Source of the DNA: Nitrospirota bacterium
Lineage (GTDB): Bacteria; Nitrospirota; Nitrospiria; 2-01-FULL-66-17
Assembly: GCA_049325335.1 (NCBI GenBank)
Contig: JBMOMC010000002.1
Span: forward strand, 128,001-192,000
DNA length: 64,000 bases
Reading direction: 5' to 3'
Positions within the stretch are counted from its first letter, which is position 1. The number at the start of each line of letters is the position of its first letter. Made by a program: the position numbers and the translations under genes. Below, piece after piece: positions 29,248 through 38,142 of the stretch. The notes beneath the pieces are model-generated. The model was not told where the DNA came from and did not search any database. It worked only from the letters and a program-made list of their open reading frames with translations.

Positions 29248-29372
29248 GAGAGGCTGCTGAAAAATCCCATCTGCTGCGTTCTCGGTCATCGGAAATCCTC
29301 GCGTACGACCTAGTACGCTCCGGTTTCCTCATCCCTGCGGTCTTGCATCTGGGGATTTTTGAGCAGCCTCTC
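29248..29372. mobile_element. MITE-like element with 21-bp terminal inverted repeats, copy 1
   Basis: GAGAGGCTGCTGAAAAATCCC ... GGGATTTTTGAGCAGCCTCTC; homologous copy at 47452-47652. Confidence 0.75.
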
Positions 29373-29413
29373 GGCTTCGCCGATTCAGCCGATGCCGGGG
29401 ATACCATTTTAGG

Positions 29414-29482
29414 CCGTCATTCCCTCGTAGGCGGGAATCCAGAAATACAAGCCCCTGGGTCCCCGCATTCATGGGGACGACA
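29414..29482. repeat. dRS3-like repeat unit (ATTCCC-N8-GGGAAT) with degenerate inverted partner
   Basis: GTCATTCCCTCGTAGGCGGGAATCCAG ... CTGGGTCCCCGCATTCATGGGGACGAC. Confidence 0.65.
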
Positions 29483-29506
29483 TGAACAACTCATCAGGGT
29501 CGCGTG

Positions 29507-29809
29507 TTATCCCGCTTGGTCGATCTCTACGTGCAGGGCGATTTCGCGGAGGATTTCGGCGACTTTTTCGCACGAGTCGAGTGAGCCCGCGTAACAGACG
29601 GCGCGGCCGGTTTCGTGCGCGTGCAGGGTGATGGCGAAGGCTTCTTCCGTGGCCACGCCCGTGGCTTTTTGGACTTGGCGCACCACGTCGTCGAACCCGT
29701 GCACGTCGTCGTTGTAGAGGATCACGCGATAGGGGGACCCGGTCGCGTCGTCGGTCGCCGACTCCTCGCGACCGGCCGGGGCTTCGGCGGTGCGTGTGGC
29801 GGCGGTCAC
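29507..29809 (-). CDS. clpS: ATP-dependent Clp protease adaptor ClpS
   Basis: YRVILYNDDVHGFDDV, AHETGRAVC. Confidence 0.85.
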   Translation of the reverse strand: MTAATRTAEAPAGREESATDDATGSPYRVILYNDDVHGFDDVVRQVQKATGVATEEAFAITLHAHETGRAVCYAGSLDSCEKVAEILREIALHVEIDQAG

Positions 29810-30036
29810 GGGGCGGCGAGCAGTTTGTTTAATTCGGTCTCGAGCGTGTGGACCCACTGGGCAAGGGGCACTTCGGCGTCGACCACGATGTGAAACTTTC
29901 CCGACGGCGTCCGGGTCACCCGGCCCGGCGACTCAGGACTCAACGGGATTTCAACGGCCTCGCGATGGATGCCGAGGCGGTCGGTGACCGAGAAAATCTG
30001 GTTGATTTCGTTCATGCGGACAATCGGTAAGGTCAT
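29806..30036 (-). CDS. Small hypothetical protein
   Basis: Fills the gap between yyaL-like gene and clpS with GTGA overlap. Confidence 0.65.
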   Translation of the reverse strand: MTLPIVRMNEINQIFSVTDRLGIHREAVEIPLSPESPGRVTRTPSGKFHIVVDAEVPLAQWVHTLETELNKLLAAP

Positions 30037-30043
30037 GGACGAC

Positions 30044-32137
30044 TCACGGTTCGGATAAGAGGGTTCGCAGCGCCAAGGGGTCGGTCACGGGCGCCGAACA
30101 CGTCATATGCCTACACACGTACGCGGTGGGGCGGCCGTCGAGCATGGTTTTGCCGCGCGCGGCTTCAGGCACGGCGGGACTACCGGGTTGCGCGGGGTCG
30201 AACACCGTGAGGGTCCGATTCGGCAAGTACACGGCGTGGACCGCCCGCCGCAGGGCCAGGGTCTCGGGGCGATCGACCGGGCCGATGATCACCACGTCGG
30301 TGGTACCCTCGTGGTACAAGTCCAACGCGCCCAGCAGGTTCGCATACCCGAACGGGTTGTCCTCCATTGCGCGGCCTGACAGGGTGAACACGTGTTGGGC
30401 CAGGTCGCGGTACGCCGACAGCGGTTGGTACGCGGCCACGCGCAACAACGCATAGACGGCCTCGGACGCGCCCGAGGGGATCGACTGGTCCGTGCCGGAC
30501 AGAGGACGCGTGACCAAGGTTTCGTGATCGTGGCTGGTCAGGTAGAAGCCGCGGCCGTCCTTGGCCCAAAACTGCGCCAGGAAGGTATCGGTCAACTCGC
30601 GGGCCCAGGTCAACCAGCGCGTGGCGCCGGTCGATTCGTACAGGTCGATCAGGGCGTTGGCGAGGAAGGCGTAGTCGTCTAGATAGCCGTTGATCTTGGC
30701 GGTCCCGTCCTTCCACGTGCGCAGCAAGCGGCTGTCCTTCCATAGTGCTCGGGCGATGAACGTGGCGGCGCGCTCCGCGGCCTCCACGTAGCGCGGTTCA
30801 TCGAGCACCGCGCCGGCTCGGGCCAACGCCGCGATGGCCAGGCCGTTCCAACTGGTGAGGATCTTTTCGTCCCGGAACGGTTTGACGCGCGTTTCACGCG
30901 CCTCGAATAGCTTGCGTCGCGCGTCGGCCAGCCGAGAGCGCACTTGCTCGATAGGGCGGTGAAATTCCACGGCCAACGCGTCCTCGCGCAGCACCACGTG
31001 CAGGATGGTGTTGCCCTCGAAGTTTCCGCCGGTCGTGAGGCCGTACGCGCGTCCGAACAGCTTGCCGTCTTCGGGGCCGAGCACCCGTTCGATTTCGTCG
31101 GGAGTCCAGACGAAAAACGCGCCTTCGTGTCCCTCGCTGTCCGCGTCTTGCGTGCTGTAGAATCCACCGTCGGGGTGGCGCATCTCGCGCAGCAGATACT
31201 CGGCGGTCTCCCGCGCCACGCGCGCAAAATCCGCGTCGCCCGTGATCTGGAACAGATCGAGCGCCAGCGGGATCAACAGGGTGTTGTCGTACAACATTTT
31301 CTCGAAGTGGGGCACCAGCCATTGCCCGTCCACCGAGTAGCGATGGAACCCCCCGCCGAGTTGGTCGTAAATGCCGCCGGACGCCATCATTCTCAGCGTG
31401 AACGCGGCGCGGCGCGCGGCGTCCTCGTCGCGGTTCGCCCGCGCGTGGCGAAGGAACAATTCCAGCGTCATGGTGCTGGGGAACTTGGGGCCGGTTCCGA
31501 ATCCGCCGTGCGTGGGTTCGAACAGCCGGGTGATCGCGTTCACCGAGGAGGCGATGAGGTCGCGTCCCGGAACGCCCGAGGCGGGTTCCTGGGCGTCGAT
31601 CTTCTCCAGGATCGCCACGGTTTGGTCTGCGGTGTTCGCCAAGTCCTGGGCCTTGTCCCGGTACGCCGCGGCCACGGCTTCGAGCACGCGCGGAAACCCT
31701 GGCATGCCGTGCCGGTCGGTAGGCGGAAAATACGTGCCCGCGTGAAACGGCTTGCCGTCCGGCGTCATGAAGATCGTCAAGGGCCATCCGCCGCCGCGAC
31801 GGTTAAAGACCTGGAACGCGGTCTGGTAGATCTGATCTAGGTCGGGTCGCTCTTCCCGGTCGACCTTGATGTTGATAAAATGCCGGTTCATCAGGTCGGC
31901 GATGTCCTCGTTTTCGAAGGACTCGTGTTCCATCACGTGGCACCAGTGGCAGGCCGAATAGCCGATGGACAAGAGAATCGCTTTGTTCTCGGCGCGCGCC
32001 GTGGCGAACGCGTCGGCTCCCCAGGGGCGCCAATCCACCGGGTTGTGCGCGTGTTGCAGGAGATAGGGACTGGTTTCGTGGATCAGCCGGTTGGTGTGTT
32101 TGGGGGCCGGCGCCGGTTCGGTGGCAGGGGCTGACAT
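30044..32137 (-). CDS. Thioredoxin-domain protein, YyaL/DUF255 (SSP411) family
   Basis: [38 protein letters not shown]. Confidence 0.93.
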   Translation of the reverse strand: MSAPATEPAPAPKHTNRLIHETSPYLLQHAHNPVDWRPWGADAFATARAENKAILLSIGYSACHWCHVMEHESFENEDIADLMNRHFINIKVDREERPDLDQIYQTAFQVFNRRGGGWPLTIFMTPDGKPFHAGTYFPPTDRHGMPGFPRVLEAVAAAYRDKAQDLANTADQTVAILEKIDAQEPASGVPGRDLIASSVNAITRLFEPTHGGFGTGPKFPSTMTLELFLRHARANRDEDAARRAAFTLRMMASGGIYDQLGGGFHRYSVDGQWLVPHFEKMLYDNTLLIPLALDLFQITGDADFARVARETAEYLLREMRHPDGGFYSTQDADSEGHEGAFFVWTPDEIERVLGPEDGKLFGRAYGLTTGGNFEGNTILHVVLREDALAVEFHRPIEQVRSRLADARRKLFEARETRVKPFRDEKILTSWNGLAIAALARAGAVLDEPRYVEAAERAATFIARALWKDSRLLRTWKDGTAKINGYLDDYAFLANALIDLYESTGATRWLTWARELTDTFLAQFWAKDGRGFYLTSHDHETLVTRPLSGTDQSIPSGASEAVYALLRVAAYQPLSAYRDLAQHVFTLSGRAMEDNPFGYANLLGALDLYHEGTTDVVIIGPVDRPETLALRRAVHAVYLPNRTLTVFDPAQPGSPAVPEAARGKTMLDGRPTAYVCRHMTCSAPVTDPLALRTLLSEP

Positions 32138-32217
32138 GCAACGTCGTCTCCGATGGACCGTTATCTTAATACGCCGCGTCGCGGCGTGTAAACACGAACC
32201 GGTTCGCGGATGAACGC

Positions 32218-33639
32218 GTGACGGGTTTTACATTCTCAAGCCGTAAACCGTTGCCCGCGTTTCCGGGGTGGCGCGCCGCGCTCGGTCCCGGCATCGTGTG
32301 GATGGCGCTCGCTCAAGGCAGCGGTGAACTCATCTGGTGGCCGTACGTGGTGGCCAAGTACGGTCTGACGTTTCTCGTACTGCTCATTCCCGCCTGTTTC
32401 CTGCAATATCCGCTGACGGTGGCGATCGGCCGCTACACGTTGCTGACGGGCGAGACGATTTTCCACGGGTTCTTCCGTCTCAATCGTTGGGTGGGGATCG
32501 CGTTGTGGATCTTAATGACGTTGTCCTTTTTGTGGTTTGGCGCGTTCGCCTCGGCGGGCGGCACGGCGCTGGCTGCCCTGACCGGTTTCCCTTCCGGATG
32601 GACGCCGCGCGGGCAGACATTGTTCTGGGGCTATGCGTCGATCGCGGTCTTTGTCCTCGCGATCGCGTTTAGCGGCGTGGTGTACACGCTGATCGAGCGG
32701 GTCATGAAGGCGGTTGCGTTCGTCACGGTCGGGGGACTCCTGTGGGCGTGCCTACAGTCCGACGTCGTTGCCGTCGTGCCCGACTTCCTCGGCGGCCTCG
32801 TGACGATATCGACGAGCATGCCGCGTCCGTGGGATTCCGCCGACGCGACCAAGCTGCTCACCGCGGTGACGTTCGCGGGGCTTGGCGGGTTTTGGATCCT
32901 CTTCTATTCGTATTGGTTGCGCGACAAGGGCAGCGCGATGGCCGCGCACGTCGGCCGGATCACGGGCCCGCTCGCCGGCAAGCCCGAGGCGATTCCGGCT
33001 GATGGGGCGCTGCCGGTGGATTCGCCCGAAGGCGCGGCGCGGTGGGCGACGTGGCGGCGCTATCTGTCGGTGGACGCGCTGATCGGGATCGGAGGCAATC
33101 TCGCCACGACGCTCATGACGTGCCTGTTGGCCTACGCGCTGCTCTTTCCCAATGGTCTGTTGCCGCAGGACTATGAGTTGGCCGTGGTGCAGGCTCGGTT
33201 TTTTGAGGTGAGTTGGGGCGCGTTCGGGCGCGTGTTGTTTTTACTCGTAGCCGCTGCGTTTTTGACCGACACGTGGATGGCCACGGCCGACGCGGTCAGC
33301 CGCATCCAAGCCGATATCGTCTACACGCTGTTCCCCAGGGCGCGCCGGCTGGAGGTTCGGCAGTGGTACTACGTGTTTCTCGGCGTGCTCACGGTGATTA
33401 CGTCGCTGACCATGCTGGTGGCGGCTCCGGGTCCGCTGATCCTCACGAGCGCGGTCATCGGCTTCGTCGGGACCGTGATTTTCCCCGTCGCGTTATTCGC
33501 GCTCAACCGCAAACTGGCGCCCGTAGTTCCCGCGTGGGCCGCGGCAAGCCGGAGCTCGCAGTGGTTTTTGGGGATGGCGTTCGTGGCGTACGCCGCGCTC
33601 GCGCTGGCATACCTCGGCGTATTGGGCGGGTGGTGGTAG
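32218..33639 (+). CDS. Nramp-like divalent metal/solute transporter
   Basis: [21 protein letters not shown]; about 11 TMs. Confidence 0.75.
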   Translation: MTGFTFSSRKPLPAFPGWRAALGPGIVWMALAQGSGELIWWPYVVAKYGLTFLVLLIPACFLQYPLTVAIGRYTLLTGETIFHGFFRLNRWVGIALWILMTLSFLWFGAFASAGGTALAALTGFPSGWTPRGQTLFWGYASIAVFVLAIAFSGVVYTLIERVMKAVAFVTVGGLLWACLQSDVVAVVPDFLGGLVTISTSMPRPWDSADATKLLTAVTFAGLGGFWILFYSYWLRDKGSAMAAHVGRITGPLAGKPEAIPADGALPVDSPEGAARWATWRRYLSVDALIGIGGNLATTLMTCLLAYALLFPNGLLPQDYELAVVQARFFEVSWGAFGRVLFLLVAAAFLTDTWMATADAVSRIQADIVYTLFPRARRLEVRQWYYVFLGVLTVITSLTMLVAAPGPLILTSAVIGFVGTVIFPVALFALNRKLAPVVPAWAAASRSSQWFLGMAFVAYAALALAYLGVLGGWW

Positions 33640-33663
33640 GGGCGACCGGCCGGTCGCCCCTAC
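33636..33663. repeat. GTAG-type REP, perfect 28-bp palindrome
   Basis: GTAGGGGCGACCGGCCGGTCGCCCCTAC. Confidence 0.85.
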
Positions 33664-34478
33664 TGGATAATCGTGAGTTTCTTCGCTGCAGCCGTGACCG
33701 ACGCGACCTGTTCGATCACGGCGTTTGCCACCGCGCGAAACGCGTCGGCTTGGGCGGACGCCGGGTGGCTGTCCACCACGGGTCGGCCTTCGTCGCCGCC
33801 CACGCGGATGGCCAAGTCGATGGGGATCTCGCCCAGGAACGGCACGCCCAGGGCTTTCGCCGCGGTTTGTCCGCCGCCGTGGGAGAAGATGTCTGTGCGT
33901 TCCTTGCAGTGCGGGCAGAGAAACGAACTCATGTTTTCCACGATGCCCAACACCGGGACATGGACCTTTTGGAACATGGCCAGGCCCTTGCGCGAGTCGA
34001 GCAGCGAGACTTCTTGCGGGGTGGTGACGATCACCGCGCCCGTGAGCGGGATGAGTTGCGAGAGTGATAGTTGCGCATCGCCGGTTCCCGGCGGCAGATC
34101 CACGATCAGGTAATCGAGTTCTCCCCACTCCACGTCGCGCAGGAACTGCTGGATCGCGGAGTTGATCATGGGACCGCGCCAGACGATCGGGCTGTCTTCG
34201 GGCACGAAAAACCCGATCGACATCAACTTCACGCCATAACGAACCGGAGGCTGGAGTTTCTGTCCCTCGCTGCCGCGCAGGTCGGTTTGTTTCACGCCCA
34301 TCATCAAGGGCACGTTGGGGCCGTAGATATCGCAATCGAGCAAGCCCACCCGCAATCCGCGCTGGGCGAGCGCCGTCGCGAGGTTCACGGAGACGGTGGT
34401 TTTGCCCACGCCGCCCTTGCCGCTGCTGACCGCGACCGTGTGTTTGACGTGGGGGATGAGACTGTCCTGGTCCGGCAT
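33660..34478 (-). CDS. mrp: Mrp/ApbC/NBP35 Fe-S cluster carrier ATPase
   Basis: SGKGGVGKT, DCDIYGPN, WRGPM, DLPPGTGD, CPHC. Confidence 0.93.
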   Translation of the reverse strand: MPDQDSLIPHVKHTVAVSSGKGGVGKTTVSVNLATALAQRGLRVGLLDCDIYGPNVPLMMGVKQTDLRGSEGQKLQPPVRYGVKLMSIGFFVPEDSPIVWRGPMINSAIQQFLRDVEWGELDYLIVDLPPGTGDAQLSLSQLIPLTGAVIVTTPQEVSLLDSRKGLAMFQKVHVPVLGIVENMSSFLCPHCKERTDIFSHGGGQTAAKALGVPFLGEIPIDLAIRVGGDEGRPVVDSHPASAQADAFRAVANAVIEQVASVTAAAKKLTIIQ

Positions 34479-34568
34479 GTGGCGCTCCTTGTCGAGCTGC
34501 GGTTCGGCGGTTGATCATCCACGACGTATGACGGGGATTACTCGTCGAGCCGATGCAGCGGGACTGAC

Positions 34569-34598
34569 ATTATAGGGACGGCATTCCAGGGAAGTCAA
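34569..34598 (-). promoter_or_regulatory. sigma70-type promoter for mrp
   Basis: TTGACT-18-TATAAT on minus strand. Confidence 0.65.
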
Positions 34599-34678
34599 TT
34601 GACCGCCGCCCGTTACTCCGGGGCGATGGCGAGGGCTGTCCGTTCGCGGAATCGGATGGGGCGGTAACCGCGACCCGG

Positions 34679-35587
34679 TTATGAGGCCGGCGGAATGGGC
34701 GCGGTCGCGACCCGATTGCGTCCCTGGCGCTTGGCCGTGTACAACGCTTGATCTGCGGCTTCCATCAGGGTGTTGGGAGTCGTGGTTGAATTGCCGGCGA
34801 CGGAGGCGACGCCGATGCTTACGGTGATCGAGGATGGGGGTAATTGAGGCAATGGGTGGTTTTGGACCATCTCCCGGATTCGCTCGGCCAGGTAGGCCGC
34901 GCCCGATGGATTATTCTGCGCGAGAACGACCAAAAACTCGTCGCCGCCGTAACGCACCGCGAAATCGTAGCCGCGGAGCGTTGTCTGCAGGATCTTTCCC
35001 ACGGCGCGCAAGACCTCATCGCCGACCAAGTGGCCGTGCGTGTCATTGATGGACTTGAAGCGATCCACGTCGATCATCAAACACGAGAGACTGAGGTTGT
35101 ACCGCTGGCAACGTTTCATCTCCCGGGTAATCGCGCCGTTCAGGTAGTTCTGGTTGTATAGGCCGGTCAGCGGATCAAGAATGGCCTGCTGTTCGATGGC
35201 GCGCATTTGCGCCCGAAGGCGCAGCATCACGCGGGTGCGGGCGACCAGTTCGGCCGGGTGGTATGGTTTGTTGAGGAAGTCGTGCGCACCGTACTCGAAC
35301 GTCAACAGTTTTTCTTCGATTTGATTCTGCGACGTGACCATGATGACCGGCGTGTGCTGAAGGCGTTCGTCTTGCCGGATTGCGGCGAGGAGTTTGAGCC
35401 CGTCCATCCGCGGCATCACCATATCGGTGATGATGACGTCGACGTCCGAGTTGGCGAGGCACTTGAGCGCGTCGAGCCCGTCGTGCGCCTCGATAATTTC
35501 CATCAACGGATCCGCGGCCTTGAGAATCCTGATCATGTCCGTTCGCATGGCGGCGCTGTCATCCACGATCAGAACGCGATGCGGCAT
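34679..35587 (-). CDS. Response-regulator diguanylate cyclase (REC-GGDEF)
   Basis: VDD, DMVMP phospho-site; RGYD I-site and intact GGDEF. Confidence 0.92.
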   Translation of the reverse strand: MPHRVLIVDDSAAMRTDMIRILKAADPLMEIIEAHDGLDALKCLANSDVDVIITDMVMPRMDGLKLLAAIRQDERLQHTPVIMVTSQNQIEEKLLTFEYGAHDFLNKPYHPAELVARTRVMLRLRAQMRAIEQQAILDPLTGLYNQNYLNGAITREMKRCQRYNLSLSCLMIDVDRFKSINDTHGHLVGDEVLRAVGKILQTTLRGYDFAVRYGGDEFLVVLAQNNPSGAAYLAERIREMVQNHPLPQLPPSSITVSIGVASVAGNSTTTPNTLMEAADQALYTAKRQGRNRVATAPIPPAS

Positions 35588-35616
35588 CCAACGACCCTCC
35601 TGATGGGAAGAAAAAA

Positions 35617-35693
35617 TGGCGCGCCCAGAGGGATTTGAACCCCCGACCTACGGATTCGTAGTCCGGCGCTCTATCCAGCTGAGCTATGGGCGC
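35617..35693 (-). tRNA. tRNA-Arg(ACG)
   Basis: Cloverleaf, anticodon loop CTACGAA, encoded CCA. Confidence 0.95.
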
Positions 35694-35761
35694 GCAAAAA
35701 CAATTTGAATCTGAACCATCGGACGGTTCGATCCGCCAGCGGTCCGAGACGTTGGCGGACG

Positions 35762-36310
35762 TTAACCGGCCGGTATTCCCTCTTTAAGTGCCAACCCGTA
35801 GCGCGGATGCGTAAACGGGTGTACCGAGGGGTACATCGCGAACAGCCAGGCGTCGAACACTGCGGTCCCGTTGTCGAGCACCGTGACTTTGACCGCGGGA
35901 TTGTCGGGACGGTCCGTCACCGACGTAAACACCGAGTCCTGAATCGTGAAGTCGGGTAGGAATTCGCCGACCTCGAACACCAACGGCGAATTCGGCACTT
36001 CAAACCGACTGCGCAGCGGCACGGCATACTCGATGGCCGTTCCGCTCGATTTATCCTCCACCACCAGTCGCACGGCGCCCCACTTGCCCTTGACCGACTC
36101 GGGGACCACGACTACCCCGCCTCCCTCGATCTTCGGGATATCCGCCGGCATGCCGGTCTGCGGATGGCCGGACGGTAAACCCGGCGCACTCGGCATCGGG
36201 GACTCGGCGGTCGACAGGGGCGTCGGTTCAGGCGTTGATGGCGGCGCTGATTGGGATCGACACGCCGCAACCCCGACCATCGTTCCCGCGCACAGCAGCG
36301 CCGCGATCAT
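35762..36310 (-). CDS. Lipoprotein, DUF2155-like
   Basis: VAAC lipobox, Pro-rich linker, LPSGHP, FDAWLFAMYP..HPFTHPRY. Confidence 0.65.
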   Translation of the reverse strand: MIAALLCAGTMVGVAACRSQSAPPSTPEPTPLSTAESPMPSAPGLPSGHPQTGMPADIPKIEGGGVVVVPESVKGKWGAVRLVVEDKSSGTAIEYAVPLRSRFEVPNSPLVFEVGEFLPDFTIQDSVFTSVTDRPDNPAVKVTVLDNGTAVFDAWLFAMYPSVHPFTHPRYGLALKEGIPAG

Positions 36311-36344
36311 CGGTCGAACGGTCCAGGATCCACGCAAGGGAACG

Positions 36345-36438
36345 TGGCGGAGAGGGAGGGATTTGAACCCTCGGTAGAGGTTTAAGCCCCTACGACGGTT
36401 TAGCAAACCGTTGCCTTCAGCCACTCGGCCACCTCTCC
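36345..36438 (-). tRNA. tRNA-Ser(GCT)
   Basis: Long variable arm, anticodon GCT, CCA end. Confidence 0.95.
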
Positions 36439-36439
36439 T

Positions 36440-36574
36440 CCTCGCTTGCGTAGCGCAACATAGGGCCTGATTTCCCGGCCCGAGGCTGCGAGACGATGCT
36501 GCCTCTCGCCTTCCGTCAATCTCGCTAGCGTAACCGAACGTAGCGGGGGTTTCCCGGCGCGAGGCTCGGAGACG
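36440..36574. repeat. Two degenerate ~55-bp units in the tRNA-Ser(GCT) leader
   Basis: CTCGCT(T/A)GCGTA...TTTCCCGGC(C/G)CGAGGCT..GAGACG at 36440-36495 and 36521-36574; a third unit at 38073-38126. Confidence 0.55.
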
Positions 36575-36626
36575 CTTGTACTCTGCTGCGGTTCGCTCGC
36601 GTTAAGTGCGCCCCGCAAAGTCCCTG

Positions 36627-36679
36627 ATTGTAGGAAAATATGGTGTGATTTGCAATGGCCTGTTGGAACTTCCTATAAT
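36627..36679. promoter_or_regulatory. Divergent sigma70 promoters sharing one palindromic -35 (TTGCAA)
   Basis: Plus: TTGCAA(36650-55)-18-TATAAT(36674-79). Minus: TTGCAA-17-TACAAT(36632-27). Confidence 0.6.
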
Positions 36680-36686
36680 TCGCCCC

Positions 36687-37841
36687 ATGTATACCCGAAT
36701 TCTCTTCCTGTCGGTGCTAGTGGTTGCCGCGGGCATCGCCTGCACCAAGGGCAAGAATCGCGAGCCGACGCCTGATTTGTTTCGTCCGAGCGGGGTTTAC
36801 CAGGTAGGGAACAACCCGACGTTCCTCGCGACCGCCGACTTTAACCGCGATCGCGTCCCGGATCTGGTCACCGCCAATATCAACGGCCAGAATGTCTCCG
36901 TGCTCCTCGGGACCGGCGACGGCACGTTCGCCGAGCGCGTCCGGTATCGGGTGGGGGAATTGCCGCGGATGCTGGTGGCCGTGGACCTCACGCAGGATGG
37001 GGCGCCCGACATGGTGGTGGCCAACAACGGGAGCAATTCGCTGTCGGTCCTGAAAAATCGCGGGGACGGCACGTTCGAGGACGCCGTGCACCGTCCGGTC
37101 GGGCAATCTCCGCTGGCGATCGCGGCGGGAGATTTTAACGGGGACACCCTCGTGGACGTGGCCGTGTGTCTGCGATTCGACCACTTGGTCATTTTGTTGG
37201 GGGATGGACTCGGCGGGTTCGTTGATGGGGAGATGTTTGACCCCGGCGATACACCGGCCTCCGTGGTGGCCGAAGACTTTAATCGCGATGGCCGGGTGGA
37301 TTTGGCGGTGGCGAACAGCGGCAACATGAAGGGCAATGTGACGATTTTTCTGGGCGACGGCGCCGGCCATTTTACGCGAGCCGGCGAATACGGCAACCAT
37401 ATACGGCCGATCTACATGACCATGGGCGATTTCAACGGCGACGGCCACTCGGATTTGGTCGAGACCGACGGCCCGAGAAATCTCCTGACCCTGTTTCTCG
37501 GAAAGGGCGACGGCGGATTCGATGAAGGGCACGGCTTTGCCGCGGAGAGCGGCCCGGTGTTCATTGCGCCCGGGGACTTTAACCGCGACGGCCGCCTGGA
37601 CGTGGCCGTCACCAACACGGTTAGCCACAGTCTATCGGTGGTGGTCGGCAACGGGGATGGCAGTTTTCAGTTCCCGCCGTTTGATTACCAAACCGACCGC
37701 GGGCCGTTTGCCGCGGTGGCGGCGGACTTAAACGCGGACGGCGTGCTCGATGTGGCGGTCGCGCACTTTCAAAGCGAAAACGTCATGGTGTGGTTGGGGC
37801 GGGGGGAGCAAGAGCGGCAGGGGCAGAAGACGACGGGGTGA
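36687..37841 (+). CDS. FG-GAP/VCBS repeat beta-propeller lipoprotein
   Basis: IAC lipobox; about seven DFNxDGxxDL repeats. Confidence 0.9.
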   Translation: MYTRILFLSVLVVAAGIACTKGKNREPTPDLFRPSGVYQVGNNPTFLATADFNRDRVPDLVTANINGQNVSVLLGTGDGTFAERVRYRVGELPRMLVAVDLTQDGAPDMVVANNGSNSLSVLKNRGDGTFEDAVHRPVGQSPLAIAAGDFNGDTLVDVAVCLRFDHLVILLGDGLGGFVDGEMFDPGDTPASVVAEDFNRDGRVDLAVANSGNMKGNVTIFLGDGAGHFTRAGEYGNHIRPIYMTMGDFNGDGHSDLVETDGPRNLLTLFLGKGDGGFDEGHGFAAESGPVFIAPGDFNRDGRLDVAVTNTVSHSLSVVVGNGDGSFQFPPFDYQTDRGPFAAVAADLNADGVLDVAVAHFQSENVMVWLGRGEQERQGQKTTG

Positions 37842-37983
37842 GGGGGCGATCGGGGGGAACAAGCAGTGTCAAAGGGGTTTTGCCGCCTCGGCACTGGAGT
37901 TCACTCATCCGTTAGACACCGCGCGCGCGGAGCGGAGGGGTAGGATTGCTGCGCCATCCTACCCAAGACCTCGGTTAGATTTT

Positions 37984-38069
37984 TGGCGGAGGGGGTAGGA
38001 TTCGAACCCACGTCCCTTTCGGGATACGGTTTTCAAGACCGTCGCCTTCGACCACTCGGCCACCCCTCC
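37984..38069 (-). tRNA. tRNA-Ser(TGA)
   Basis: Variable arm TCCCGAAAGGGA, anticodon TGA, CCA end. Confidence 0.93.
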
Positions 38070-38142
38070 CCACCTCGCCTGCGTAGCGCCCCACAGCCCC
38101 TGGTTCCCCGGGGCCAGGAGCGAGAGCATTAAGAGCTCGGTT

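Noticed and set aside
35617..35693. C-U mismatch at the top of the tRNA-Arg anticodon stem
   Set aside because: The 27-43 pair tolerates mismatches and the rest is canonical, so it is not called a pseudo-tRNA.
36311..36424. N-terminal extension of the DUF2155-like ORF
   Set aside because: It runs through tRNA-Ser(GCT); the signal peptide starts at 36310.
36830..37760. Periodic repeats that could be mistaken for an array
   Set aside because: They are in-frame FG-GAP protein repeats, not CRISPR. No cas genes or repeat-spacer array were seen anywhere in the window.
37860..37930. Possible riboswitch or SRP RNA downstream of tRNA-Ser
   Set aside because: No consensus motif that I can match with confidence; an Rfam/Infernal search would settle it.
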